A stretch of DNA of 64,000 bases from Rhizophagus irregularis (taxonomy: Eukaryota): the NCBI RefSeq assembly GCF_026210795.1, contig NC_089432.1, positions 5,456,001 through 5,520,000 of the forward strand. The letters run 5' to 3'. The translations under genes and the position numbers were made by a program. Position 1 is the stretch's first letter. The number at the start of each line of letters is the position of its first letter. This document shows, piece after piece, positions 13,751 to 25,928 of the stretch. The notes beneath the pieces were generated by a model. That model was not told where the DNA came from. It saw nothing but the letters and a program-made list of their open reading frames with translations, and searched no databases.

Positions 13751-15775
13751 CCCTATAAAAAATTTTTATTCAGCACACTCCGATTTTTTTCCGAATGTTT
13801 TGAAAATGTTCCGAATATTACTGAAAATATTCTGATTATATTGCGAATGTTGTTTTAGTCAAATTTTAGGAATTTAACATAAATGAAAATTTCTAGAAAT
13901 ATTCCGAAAATAATCCAGTTTTATATTTAAATTGAAAATACTCCGGAAAACAATTTCATGTAGATCACTTAATAAATTAGTTAAATTAAAAGTTTATCAA
14001 TATAAGTGGACGCGTTTAAAAACATGTATATAAGTTTAAAAAACGCGTTTAGTTTTAATCTATAGAAAAAATAAGCTCGCAATAAATGATCATTGAAGTA
14101 TAAAAGTATAAATAAAAGCGTATCTTTGCTTTTTAGAACTTAATTCTTATTATTTTTTTTTTAATATTACTACTACAATAATATTTATAAAATATTCAAA
14201 AAAATAAAAAAATTAACATATTAACGGTAAATATAAAATTATAACAGTAAGCAATATTATTTGAGTAGTAGTTCGAGGATAAAGATTTATTGAAATTTTT
14301 AAATATTCTGAATTTACCATAATATTACTTTTATTTAGATATTATAACAAATTTAGAATAAGCTGCTATGATATGATGATCGCCAACTCCAACGCCTATT
14401 TCTACTGTTATACCATCAAATACTCCTACAGCAGACATTATAATTAAATACAAAAAATGTTTCAAATATAAGATTAGTGATAAAATTATATTAGTAATAT
14501 TAATAATACGGTAATTGTTAGTTTCCACGTGGTTTAATACAAAATCCTATTACCAAAGAAGAATGAAAAATGAAATGACCAAAAGAGGACTGGAAAGATT
14601 TTCTCTATTTATCATATGATACATATTGGACTTATCGGGCAAGTATTAATTTTACATTTTGAGAAGTCTTCATGATAACTGAAGCTAAGTGCTATTTGTG
14701 AAAAAGGAAAATATGCATCAAAACAAACTTTGGGTAAAATTCAAAATGTCATTAATAATGTAAGTTATATATTTATATCATCCATATTCTTAAACCTAAC
14801 TAACTTTCTAAACTGTTATTTAGTTTAAAACCAATTTTCCAACATTTCCTATTGACTTTGTTTTGCAAAAAATGACTGAAGATATCGTTGGAAATTAGGG
14901 TAATTATTTAGTAATACGTTATTATTATGTACAATTTTATCTGATATTAATATAAATTTTATAGCTGAAACTGAACGCAAGAGAAAAGTTAAAGAAGCTC
15001 ATTTACAAGGTATTGATCCACCTTCCAAACGAAAAAATATCACTCCCCTAATCTAAAACTCAAGAAAACAAGGCCAAATTCACGAGCACCAATTCCTGAT
15101 AAATCATCATCAAGTATTGATATTAATGTCCAATTGTCCTCACCCGAAGTTATTAAGGAGAAATCTGCATCAATTCCTTCTAAACAATTATTGAAGCATC
15201 TTCAAATGTAATTCTTACTGAAAGAAGAGCTGATGTTCAATTAGTAACTTCACAAATACAAGGATTCAAGAAATTCCGGTAAATTTATTTTTTGTTAGTG
15301 TTTATAATATTTATAATATTACAATTTATAATTTAATAAATATAGGAGGCAATAAAAGTTCAACTATAATGACGAGATCAAGTTCAACAAAAGAAAAAAA
15401 CAACTAATAACCAAATTGCTACTCGCAAAAATCAAAGAAAGCAAAAAGATAGAATATTATTATTCATATACTCATAGATAAGTACTTTCAGATAATATCT
15501 AGAAAATATAAATATAAATAAAAAGTACTTGTAATCTGTAATATTCAATAAATTTTTTTTCTGAGTACTTTCGGATAATATATATTGTAAAACATCTGAC
15601 AATATTCCGGTTACATTCATAAAATTTACCGAGCAATTTCGGGTAAAATCTGTAATTATCATTCCGAAAAATGATCACTTTCCGTAGTAAAATCGGAAAA
15701 TAAAAATCGGAAAATTTTCGGAATACATAAACCAGATAAAAATCGGAATACATCCAAAAAAAATTTTTTATAGGG
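13751..15775. mobile_element. CMC/EnSpm-like non-autonomous DNA transposon, 2.0 kb
   Basis: TIR CCCTATAAAAAA / TTTTTTATAGGG; 3-bp TSD ATT; subterminal TTCCGA/TCGGAA repeats; decayed intron-containing gene fragment at ~14550-15410 (+). Confidence 0.8.
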
Positions 15776-18559
15776 ATTACACCAGGCTGATGGCGGGTTT
15801 TGTTTAAGAAACAAAATATTGCGCACACTAATTTCCATGTACGATCCCAACCTGGAACTCTTACTATCCCCAGATATTCACAGATGGGAAGGGACACTAC
15901 CATGATGTAATGACCTGATCCTCATCAGTCAGCGAAGCTCATGACGAAACCTATGGCAAATACATCAAATTATGATTAATGAATATAGATCCTAAGGTGG
16001 AGACTCCATCACTACTGGCCATCATGGTCTTATTTAAACTAAGAATCCATCAAAACACCAACACTTATTAAAACAATCATAATTAACCTCTTCCTCTCAC
16101 CTTCCTATTGCAAGAGATTTGCTCAAACCTAGCTTTTATAACAGATAATTCACGTAATATAATAGGCGAAAATAAGATAACCCTATCCCAACTTTATACA
16201 ACAGGTGACACCTACTTTCACCAAAAAGAACTTTATCTAGACACAATGATTAAAAACTGGGACTATCTACACTATTTATAATATTAAGCATGACAGAAAG
16301 CAGGTGGCTCCACCTCAATAACATATTATTTCCATCAGTAATAACAATGACACCTTACCTATCAATAGGCCGTTTTATTACACTAATTATTTTGTTCATA
16401 TATTCCAATTGTTAAAAAAAGAACTATACAAAAAATCAGACCTCACAGGATTTGGAGATATAACCGATTTCTTTGATCGTGTGGAGTTCCAGAATAGGGG
16501 AGCTGCATATACTGCTACAGCTGCTATTGGACCATCAACTCCATCAAAATAATGATCTATAACAACATGATACACTCAACCATTCTGGACCCCTTAAATG
16601 AACCTGTACTCTGCAATTATAGCCAACGAGATACGCATTTGCAGCGAAAAGTGCCAGGGACCAGCTGTCCTAGGCCAAATATGCAAAACTTAAGGCTCAG
16701 ATCCATAGAACTCATGTTCCTCCTCTTAGGACACACAATCTGTAATTCTTCCGTAACTGTGAAATTTATAACTACCAAAGTACCAATCCCCTATCACACG
16801 AACATGTGTAATATTACCGATTTATATGTTAGACGATGATGATGACAACCTGTACTATGATGATACCGTTACAAAATACATGTCTCGTACCCACCTTCCA
16901 AAATTCGAAAACCTAACTTACCTTTAGTATTATGAAAAATAATCAATCATTCCATCAACCTCCAGCAATCACAACTATATCACAAAACACACCAAAGAAA
17001 TAATAGTCAGGCATCAGTTCCTTAAAATAGAGGATGGTGAACTTTATTTCACCAACAACTGCTAAAAAATGTACCCACAAGAAGTAAAGCCGAATACAAA
17101 ATTTCACCAAATGGTACATACCGTGAAAAGTTCCCTCATTGTTTTCCAGCTCTTTGAGCAACCTACAAAACACCATCATAACTACCCAATGATCACGAAT
17201 TATACATTTAATTCACAGAAATGCTGGACAGGTTACTTCAATCATTGAGTCACGAACTACCTACTGCTATCTCTCATATCATAAAGACTCAAATGCAAAA
17301 CCTTAAACTCCTTCTCCTCATACTCCCTGAAACCGCAATGCTTGAGCTACCCCAAGATCAATACCACGTACTTTCCACAATAACCACGTACATGGGCAGG
17401 AATGATGGCATCAAGTGGCTGTACTTCTTCATAACTGGACCCGCAGGAACGGGAAGTCCTACATCATAAATTTAATCATAAACATGCTTAACAACAGACA
17501 CTCAAACTTTTTCTTACTAGCACCCACAGACAAAACATCAGAGGAAAAATGATCCACTCAGAATTATGCATCATATTGACACAAAGAGGCTTTTATACAC
17601 ATTGCCTCACAAATACAGATTTAAATACTCGCCTAAAAAATGTTGACACAATAATTATTAACGAGATCTCAATGGTCTCTGCAAATTTTATATCCAACAC
17701 ATTCATAAGAATTTACAACAACTCCATCACCTTTGGCGGCATCAATGAATCGTAGTAGATGATCTCACTTAACTTCCCCTGTCAACGGTCAACCTGTCTT
17801 TCGTGCTGCCATTTGGACTCTATTTTATCCGTTATTCTTAAAAACTCCTCAACGTCAATGGCAATATGAATTTCTACCAACTTTTAGAAGAGGTACGAAT
17901 AAATAATATCTCCTCACGAACATAGAACAAATTAGAACATCACCGTTCAGAATTCACATTCCACCCACAATCAACACCACCCACATCGTCAGATTTAAAG
18001 AAACTGCCCAAGAAATCAACACATCTATCTGTAACTATCACAAGCATCCGATTTTGTAAATTCTGACCGATGGGACCCCTCACATTCACGCCACATATTC
18101 CACATATTCAAAAACAATCCATTCGTTTGCAACCAGGGGCTTGCGTGATGTACCTAAATAATTCTCTGATCAAGTACGGTATATGTAACGGTACCATAGG
18201 AGTAGTTACCAACCTACCTGAACAGTGTATCCAAGTTGTATTCTCTGTTAGAGGATCAATAATAGAAGTTGATGTTTACAAACATACTCATTATTTCAAT
18301 GTCGACGGGAATAACACTTGATGCACCCAGTTCCCATCGATCCTAATGTCATTCACGAATACCAGAGACTTAGTACCACCAACCCCATATGTTCTCATAA
18401 ACAATCAACAAAAAACTGTTTCTACCTCTTATTTAACTTAGCATTATAACAAATTCAATAAATAAAAAAAAGCATTAAAATACTTTATCCACACACGAAA
18501 AATGTAATTATATTCGTTTATTATTCTATTATTTTATGTTGCAAATAAATAAAAAAAAA

Positions 18560-21500
18560 ATAAAGAGAAGATAAAAAGAAATCACAAAGTAAAAAGTATA
18601 AGAGAATAGGAATACATTTGATAATTAAGAATGGAGAAGCAAACATGGATAATTCACCTGTTTTAATTAAATGTGAAGGTTGGCGAAAAGAATATTGGAA
18701 AGAAAAATAATACAGGTGAATGTTTGATAGATATATTTAGGAAAAGAGGATAGTAAGGTGATTAAAAGAAGAATAGATGATTCAAATATAAAACCTTACG
18801 AGACATTAAGAAATATAATTTTGAAAAACAATTGTGTCAAAAGTTATAATAAAGAAGAGAAAAGAGATAAAATTTTTAACGAAAGGTTAGAATTAATCGA
18901 TAACATAATAAAAGCGGAGAATGAATTTATAGAAATATTAAAAAATAGTATTCCCTATAAGAAATATGTATACGGAAAGGATACGTTTTGTATACATTTT
19001 TTGTACGTTTTTATAGATTCCGTATACAAATTCCGTATATTTAATAAGCAATTCATTTTTGAACATTTTTTAAAAAAACTAATGTATAAGAAATGTATAC
19101 GGAAAAAATTAATCATGCGGAATGTATACGGAATTTTTAAACTTAATATTTTTAGAAGATAATTTTACAAAAATCCCGTATCATAACACGAGATCACATG
19201 ATTGTTTATTGTTTTGTTATGATACGTTTTTTGTTTTTTATATAAACCCTTACTTTGATGAGTTTGATCTTCCGATCTTCCTTTCTGTCTTTCCTTTCCT
19301 TTCTCCTTCTCTTGTCTTATTTTTGTTATTTTTTCTAAATTTTTCTTCTTTCTTCGTCACCCCCTTTTAAAAATAATTTTTTTTTTTCGTACCTCACTTT
19401 AAAAAAATTTTTTTTCGTCACTCTCCTTTGAAAAAAAATTTTTTCTTTTATTCCCACTCTTCTTTTTTTTTTAAAAAAATTTCTTCTTTCTATTTCTATT
19501 TCCTCTTTATAAAAATTTTTTATTTTTCTAACTTTGACGTCCTCCCTTTAAAAAAAAATTTTTTTTAACTTTCCTAACTTCGTTACCCCTCTTTTTAAAA
19601 AAGTATTTTTTTTGGTTTATTCTTTATTCCCCTTTCTTTTTTATTTATATTTAATTTCATAGGCCAGCAGATTTTTTTTTGTGAGAATATTCAGTTTCTT
19701 TTTTCTTTTTCGTAGATCAGTTTGGGAGTCCTTTTCTTTTTGTAGGATGATTCAGGATTTTTTTCTTTTTTTAGGTCAGTTCAAATTTTCTTGTTTTTTT
19801 GTAAGTTGGGTTCAGATTCTTTTCTTTTTGTAGGTTGTTTCAGTTTTGTTGCTTCAGAGTCTTCTTTTTTTGTAGGTTTGTTGTTTTGGTTTCTTTTTCA
19901 TTAGACGCCTCATAATTCTTTTCTTTTTTGTAGGTCAGACATTCTGGAGTTCTCTTTCTTTTTTTGTAGGAATGCTGACCTTTGGTGACTTGGACGATTG
20001 CAGATACTATATGAGGGGGGGTTTTGTTTCCAATCTTTTTTTTTGTTCTTTTAGGTTGTTTGACTCCAAATGAACCTGAACTTATAGATAATTTTGGTTG
20101 CAATAGGTGGTTTTAATAAGGAGGGAATTTTCATAATGTATTTGTACTTTGTTTATTTTTTATTTTTTATTTAATTTAATAAAGTAAAATTAGATTTATG
20201 TAAATACAATTATAGTAAACTGTAATACAAATAGTAAATTCAGTGAAATCATATAAATTTCGTGATAAAATCAGTGATCAAATCATGTAAATTCCATATA
20301 AATCCCGTGCAAATTCCGTATCCAAACCATATTTTTAGTGATACGGAATTGTGCATTTTTCCGTATCCTATTATGATACGTTATTTCTAAGGAAAAAAAA
20401 TCGTATAAAAACTTTATAAAAAACGTATCCAATTTTTTTATAGGGATTATAGAAAGAGAAAAAAATGATAAAAGACGTAAAGAATATTGGTTAATAATAG
20501 ATTGTATAAAATTAAAAAGTAAAGTAGCGGTCAATGGGAAGAAAGGTTTTGAATATTTAGTTACTGTATGTGGGTTATTAGAGAAAATGAAGACGAAACG
20601 ATTAATGAATTAAGATTTAGTGTGAATTACGAAGCCAAAAAAAATGAAAATTTATATAAAATTCTCATAAGAAGTTTGATTATAGAAATTTTATTATTGG
20701 GGAATAATAGCGATGTAATTTTAGGAATCAATAATAATGTATTAAAATGATTACAAGATTTCTTAATGAATTTAAGTAATAGGCGAAGGCTTGATAATGA
20801 TTTTTATTTAGAATTGCTTTTTATAGAAAAATTTTTATTTGAGAATGAGATGGAAATAGTTGAACACAGCGCTAAGGAGATGAAAATTTTGAACGAATGG
20901 GGAAAAGATATAAGGGAAAAATTAAATGATAAGAAAGATATAAAAACGGATAAAATCTGATAACAGGAGACTATAGAGGGTGGCGAAAGAAATGCACAGA
21001 GGCTATTTGGAAAAATGAACTCCTGAATAGTACCAAATTAGAGGACTTATTTTATTATAACTTTAGGAGTGAATTTGATCGTAATAATTTTTCCTTTTGG
21101 CAGTGTAGTTATGATGAAGAATTACCAACGTATGGAGTTCTTTATAAAAGAGAAGTAAATGGAATTCCTGAGGAATTATGTCCGAGATGTAAAAAAAGTA
21201 ATGAAGATTGGGAACATATTTGGACATGAACGTTTCGCAACGTTTATTTCAATGCTTCAATAAAAAACGTTTGAAGCGAACGAAATAGAAGTTAGTGATT
21301 TGATTAAAGAGTCCATTTACGAGTATGAAACAAAGATGATAGACGAAAAGAAATCAGAAGAGGCGGCAATTGTAAGAGATATAAATTTTGACTTTATTAG
21401 AGTGAGAATTGTTAAGAGGCATATAATAACAATTTCAACAAGATATCAAAAAGAAAAGATTATAAATCGGTGATAGAGGATTTATGGTGTTTTTGTTATG

Positions 21501-21790
21501 AATAAATAAGATCAAGAATATGGATAAAAAGATGTGAGATAGTTGCTGAGATAGAAAAGAAAGAGGTTTAACGAAAAAAAGATTTAAAGAAAAGAAAAGG
21601 AAAGGAGGAATCAGGGGACGATTTAGATAGGGAGAAAAACAAATGAAAATATATAATTATTTTTTAGATATATTTTTAGAACTAAAATTTTTTTAGTTAT
21701 AGAGAATATTATAAATAATTATGTAATCAATTTGATAATTGTTCTTAATTAAATTTATTGCACTGAGAATTATGTAAGCAGTATTAAGGA
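18560..21790 (+). mobile_element. Non-LTR retrotransposon 3' relic
   Basis: Frame LKNSI|IEREKND reads across the 18953-20445 insertion. NLSNRRRLDNDFYLELLFIE, Zn-knuckle CPRCKKSNEDWEHIWTC and IWIKRCEIVAEIEK are homologous to 31075-32015. Confidence 0.7.
18953..20445. mobile_element. CMC/EnSpm-like non-autonomous DNA transposon, 1.5 kb
   Basis: TIR CCCTATAA / TTATAGGG; ATT TSD (18950-52, 20446-48); subterminal CGTAT/ATACG repeats. Confidence 0.8.
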
Positions 21791-22080
21791 AAATTCATGG
21801 GAATTTTTCTTGACAAAACGTAAATAATGATTTTTTTTGATCGGTAATGGCGCTAAACAATTAATTTTTTATTGTATAAAATTAAACTATATATTAACAG
21901 TTAAACAATTATTGTTTTTCTCTTTTTTTTCTTTAGGAAAATTTTTTCAAGAGACTTAATTTTTTTTTTTAGGCCAGCTCCTTTTGGACGATTTTTTTGA
22001 TTTTTTTTAGGCTGGATTTTCACAATGATTATCTTACTAAAACTGTGATTATCTTACGATCGATTAAAAAACACTTTTTC

Positions 22081-24760
22081 TCTTTTGTAGGTTCCAGTTC
22101 TAGTATGTTATAAACTTCGAAACTTGTTTTTTAAGAAACTTTTATTAATGTTTCTTTATTTTTTTGTAGGTCCTTTCCAGTTCCTTTTTGGCATTAGACA
22201 TCGGTAAGTTTCGAAGTTATAACTTCGAAACTTTGTTTTTTAATTTGTTTTCAAAGAAACGTTAACTAACGTTTCTTTTTTTTGTGTAGACTCCATGTTT
22301 CGGCTTGGGAACCTTAAACGAAACGGTAAGTTTCGTAACATTTCGTTGCGAAACAATTTATTTATTTATTTATTTATTTATTTTTTAATAAGAAATGTTA
22401 TTTATTCTAACGTTTCTTTTTTTTTGCAGGTTCGTTTTCAACTTGGTAACTTCGGAACGGTAGATTTCGAAAATGGTAAGTTTCGCAACGTTATGTAACG
22501 TTGTGAAACCTTATTTTTTTTTTTTATAAAGAGACGTTATTTCACGTTTCTTATTTTTTTTTGTAGGTACGGCTCGGAGCTTCGAAACAAAATGTTAAGT
22601 TTCGCAAACGTCGTTAAACTTGAATGTTTTTTAATTGTAAGATATTAACGTTTCTTCTTTTTATTGTAGGTTGAAGCATTTCTTTCAGTTTGGGAAATTC
22701 GAATGACGACTTTTGAAACGGTAAGTTTCGCAACATTTTTGTTGCGTTGCGAAACTTAAAAAAATTTTCTTTGAGAAACGTTATACTAAAATTTCTCTCT
22801 CTTTTTTTGTAGGTTCAAGCGGGAAACTTCAAACAGTAAATTTCGAACGGTAGCGAAACTTATTTTTTTCTATTTTTTTTTTTTTATAAGAAACGTTATT
22901 CTTTTCTTTTTTTTTTTGTAGATTCAAGTGAAGAACTTCGAAACAGTGGATTTCAAACGGTAAGTTTCGTTGCGAAACTTATTTTTTTCTATTTTTTTTT
23001 TATAAGAAACGTTATTCTAACGTTTCTCTTTTTTTGTAGGTTCAAGTTGGGAACTTCGAAGTGATAAATCTTAAATGGTAAGTTTCGCGTTGCGAAACTT
23101 TGAATTTTTTTTTTATTATTTTTTTTAAGATCTAACGTTTCTTCTTTTTTTTGTAGGTTCAAGTGTTTCGGCTCAGTGCTTCGAAAATGAACCGGTAAGT
23201 TTCGCAACAAAGATGTAAATTTTTTTTTTATTCTAGCAGATAAGAATAAAAAATTACAGTCAAACCTCGATATAACGAACTCGCGGTTCAAGGGCAAAAG
23301 TTCGTTATATAGTAGAAGTTCGGTATGTAAATTTTTTTTGTGTACCGAACTCCATAAGTTTTACAGTAGCAGTTCGGTATATAAAGTTATCACGTGATTA
23401 AAGAATATTAATTTTGGCCAGAAATTAAGATTTAACAGTATAAATTATGTGAAATTTCAACCACGTGATCAAGTTCGGTATATAAAGAATTTTTTTTATA
23501 TGCTTTATTATAAACGGTAAATCATAAAAGTTCGGTATACGTTATATCGAGTTTATATGAAATTCGGTATATCGAGATTTTTTTAAATAATATGAACCCG
23601 GTTTTTAAAAAAAAGTTCGGTAAGTCAAGAGTTCGTTATATCGTGGGTTCGTTATATCGAGGTCAGACTGTACTTCTAATCCACTCTTACCTTTATATTT
23701 CATTTTCATATCCCACTAGTGAATGCTTTTGATAGAGTTTGTCATAACAATATTGCCAGGCTTTTAAATTTGCGGTATATGAGAACTGTGAACTGGATTT
23801 ATAATTTGTAGAATATTTTTTTTTAAAATTATCAATAAAATACCTTGCTACGAATTGTGGGAACTGCATATGTGATTTCGAACGTAATGAAGTTGTTACT
23901 CGCGAAGCGATGAGAAGTAGTGATTTACTTAATCAAAGGGGAAAACTAATGGACTTTCGTGCTGTTACTTTTGTCTGGAAACATAAAGCTGTCTTGTAAG
24001 TTTTAATTAACTATCTTAGAAAATCTTTTAAATTTGTTAATTTTGACCTAAAATTTTTTTATATTATAATAGCGACGTTGCACGTCTTGATGGTGAAGTA
24101 CACGTACCCGTTTATAAACGTGTACATAACCCTCCTCCTGAAGCGAATATTTATTTATGTTAGGGCTAATTCTTTGGTAATTAACTTAATAATCTTAAAA
24201 TAATTCTTTGGTACGAAATACTATATACAATAGATCACATTAAGAAACGTTCTAACGTTTCTTTTTGTAGGTTTCATTGAGCTTCGGGCATTTGGTTTTG
24301 GTAAGTTTCGCAACTTTTCTTTGCGAAGCTTTATAATTTGGTTTTTTATTAATAGAAACGGTTTTAACGTTTCGTTTATTATTTTTTTTGTAGGTATCGA
24401 TTATATAAGCGTTAGGATTTTGAAACAGGTTACGAAACTTACCTTTTTTTTGTTTTTAAATGAAATGTTTACTTACGTTTCTTTTTTTTATAACTTTTTT
24501 GTAGGTTCCAAAGGGTATTGATCAGGGTACTTGAGATTAGAAACGGTAAGTTTCTTTGCGAAAATTACCGTTTCTTTTTTGTTTTTTTTTTAATATAAAC
24601 GTTTATTAATGTTTTATTCTTCTATTTGTAGGTCCCATGATTTTAGGGTTCGGATACTGGAGATGAGTAAGTTTCGCGACTTTCATTTCATTGCGAAGCT
24701 TACGTTTTTAATTTAAAACGTTATTTAACGTTTTTTCCATTTCTTTTTTGTAGGCTTCAG
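22081..24760 (+). repeat. Tandem array of ~14 micro-exon/intron-like units (~100-140 bp period)
   Basis: Unit: (T)nGTAG | 12-50 nt | GTAAGTTTCG..CGAAACTT..AGAAACGTT..CTAACGTTTC(T)n. Example exons 22170-22203, 22290-22325, 22430-22475, 22922-22959, 23040-23077, 23157-23194, 24271-24300. Interrupted at ~23215-24240. Confidence 0.85.
23257..23670. mobile_element. Tc1/mariner (pogo/Tigger-like) MITE, 414 bp
   Basis: 24-bp TIR CAGTCAAACCTCGATATAACGAAC (2 mismatches); TA TSD; internal GTTCG(G/T)TAT repeats. Confidence 0.9.
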
Positions 24761-25863
24761 ACGTTTGGGCTCGAAACTTTTTTCTTAGTTTGTAAGATTT
24801 GGGAGTTTCGGAAATGAAAACATCTCTAGAGTAATTAGATTTTAATATAGATTTAAACTATGTATTTATTGTATTTATTAGCACTATATAACAATAAAAT
24901 AATACAACGATATTTAACAATAAAATAATATGGTGTTTAATAATGATATTTGACTATAAGATAATATAACGCTATTTCACTATAAGAATAATTCTCGTTA
25001 TTTAACTATATGGATGATTATCGTTATTTGACTATAGATGATCATTGTTAATTTAACCACATCGACGAGCGCGATTATTATCGATATATATCACGTGATA
25101 TTTTTATCGACATATATCCCCTGAGAAAATTTCCTGATGAAAGCTATCTTGGGGATGATGGCTATTTTCACGTATGTGTGTCATATGATTTATGCTCATT
25201 TATTTTCCCAAAATACTTATTCGGTTTTTCTCCAGGATGAAATAACGAATCAAGAACAAGAACTGATGGGCGAGATTGATCGATCGGTACTTCGATCTAA
25301 AGGAACAACAGTTCGTCAATGTATTGAAAATTCCTGAAGAATTGTTCGAGTGAGTTTGTGTATTTAAGTTAGTGTAGATATTATAAACAGCTAATGTCTA
25401 CGGTAAATCTATTCTATTATTCTAACATTAACAAATTACTTTTGCTATCATTATATATGTATTCCAGGGTTTGCAACCAAATATAAATCTAAGTAATTTT
25501 TAAGAGCACAATTTTTTTTTTAATTTTTTAATTCAGTAATTTTCTTAATCCAATCGAACATTTCTTCATTATCAGGATTAGCATGTTTTTTGTATATTCA
25601 AAAATAATCCCGGAAGGTATTCGCTGTCTTATAATCAATTGTTCCAAATTAATTAGACATTGTTTACATTGTTTCCGCCACAATAAAAATTCATGCATTA
25701 ACTTACATAAATCGGATCAGCTTATTTTTGATAATCACCGCCCCGGACTATTGGTATCCTGATTATGCGGTGAACATCATCTCTGAATTGTGTAACACGG
25801 ATAAGAACAATATGAACTTTTTTTAGAAAATGTTTATAATATATTAAAGCCTCTCAAAAAGCG

Positions 25864-25886
25864 TATAAAAACTCTGGGCGTCCGAT
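25864..25886 (+). promoter_or_regulatory. TATA-containing core promoter shared by the two paralogues
   Basis: TATAAAAACTCTGGGCGTCCGAT is identical at 25864 and 27971. An upstream GATAATCAC.GCCCC..CCTGATTATGC.GTGAACATCAT block is also shared. Confidence 0.6.
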
Positions 25887-25928
25887 TTACTACGATAAAA
25901 GATTTTGATAATAAGAATTTTTGCAAAG

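Larger units (their letters stand above)
10365..18400 (+). pseudogene. Helitron Rep-Helicase relic split by two insertions
   Basis: Pieces 10365-10841, 13634-13750 and 15776-18400. DFH|YTRLMAGFV reads across the 13751-15775 insertion. Rep motif RVEFQNRGAA at ~16478. PIF1 motifs FITGPAGTG (~17430), IIINEISMV (~17650), FGGIN and LQPGACVMYLNN..GICNGTIGVV (~18120). Confidence 0.85.

Noticed and set aside
18400..18560. Helitron 3' hairpin and CTRR terminus
   Set aside because: No convincing hairpin was found; the terminus appears lost.
22081..24760. CRISPR-like repeat-spacer array
   Set aside because: Eukaryotic context, degenerate repeats matching spliceosomal signals, mutually related 'spacers' and no cas genes.
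25905..25928. TTG start given in the ORF track
   Set aside because: The paralogue's context supports the ATG at 25929.
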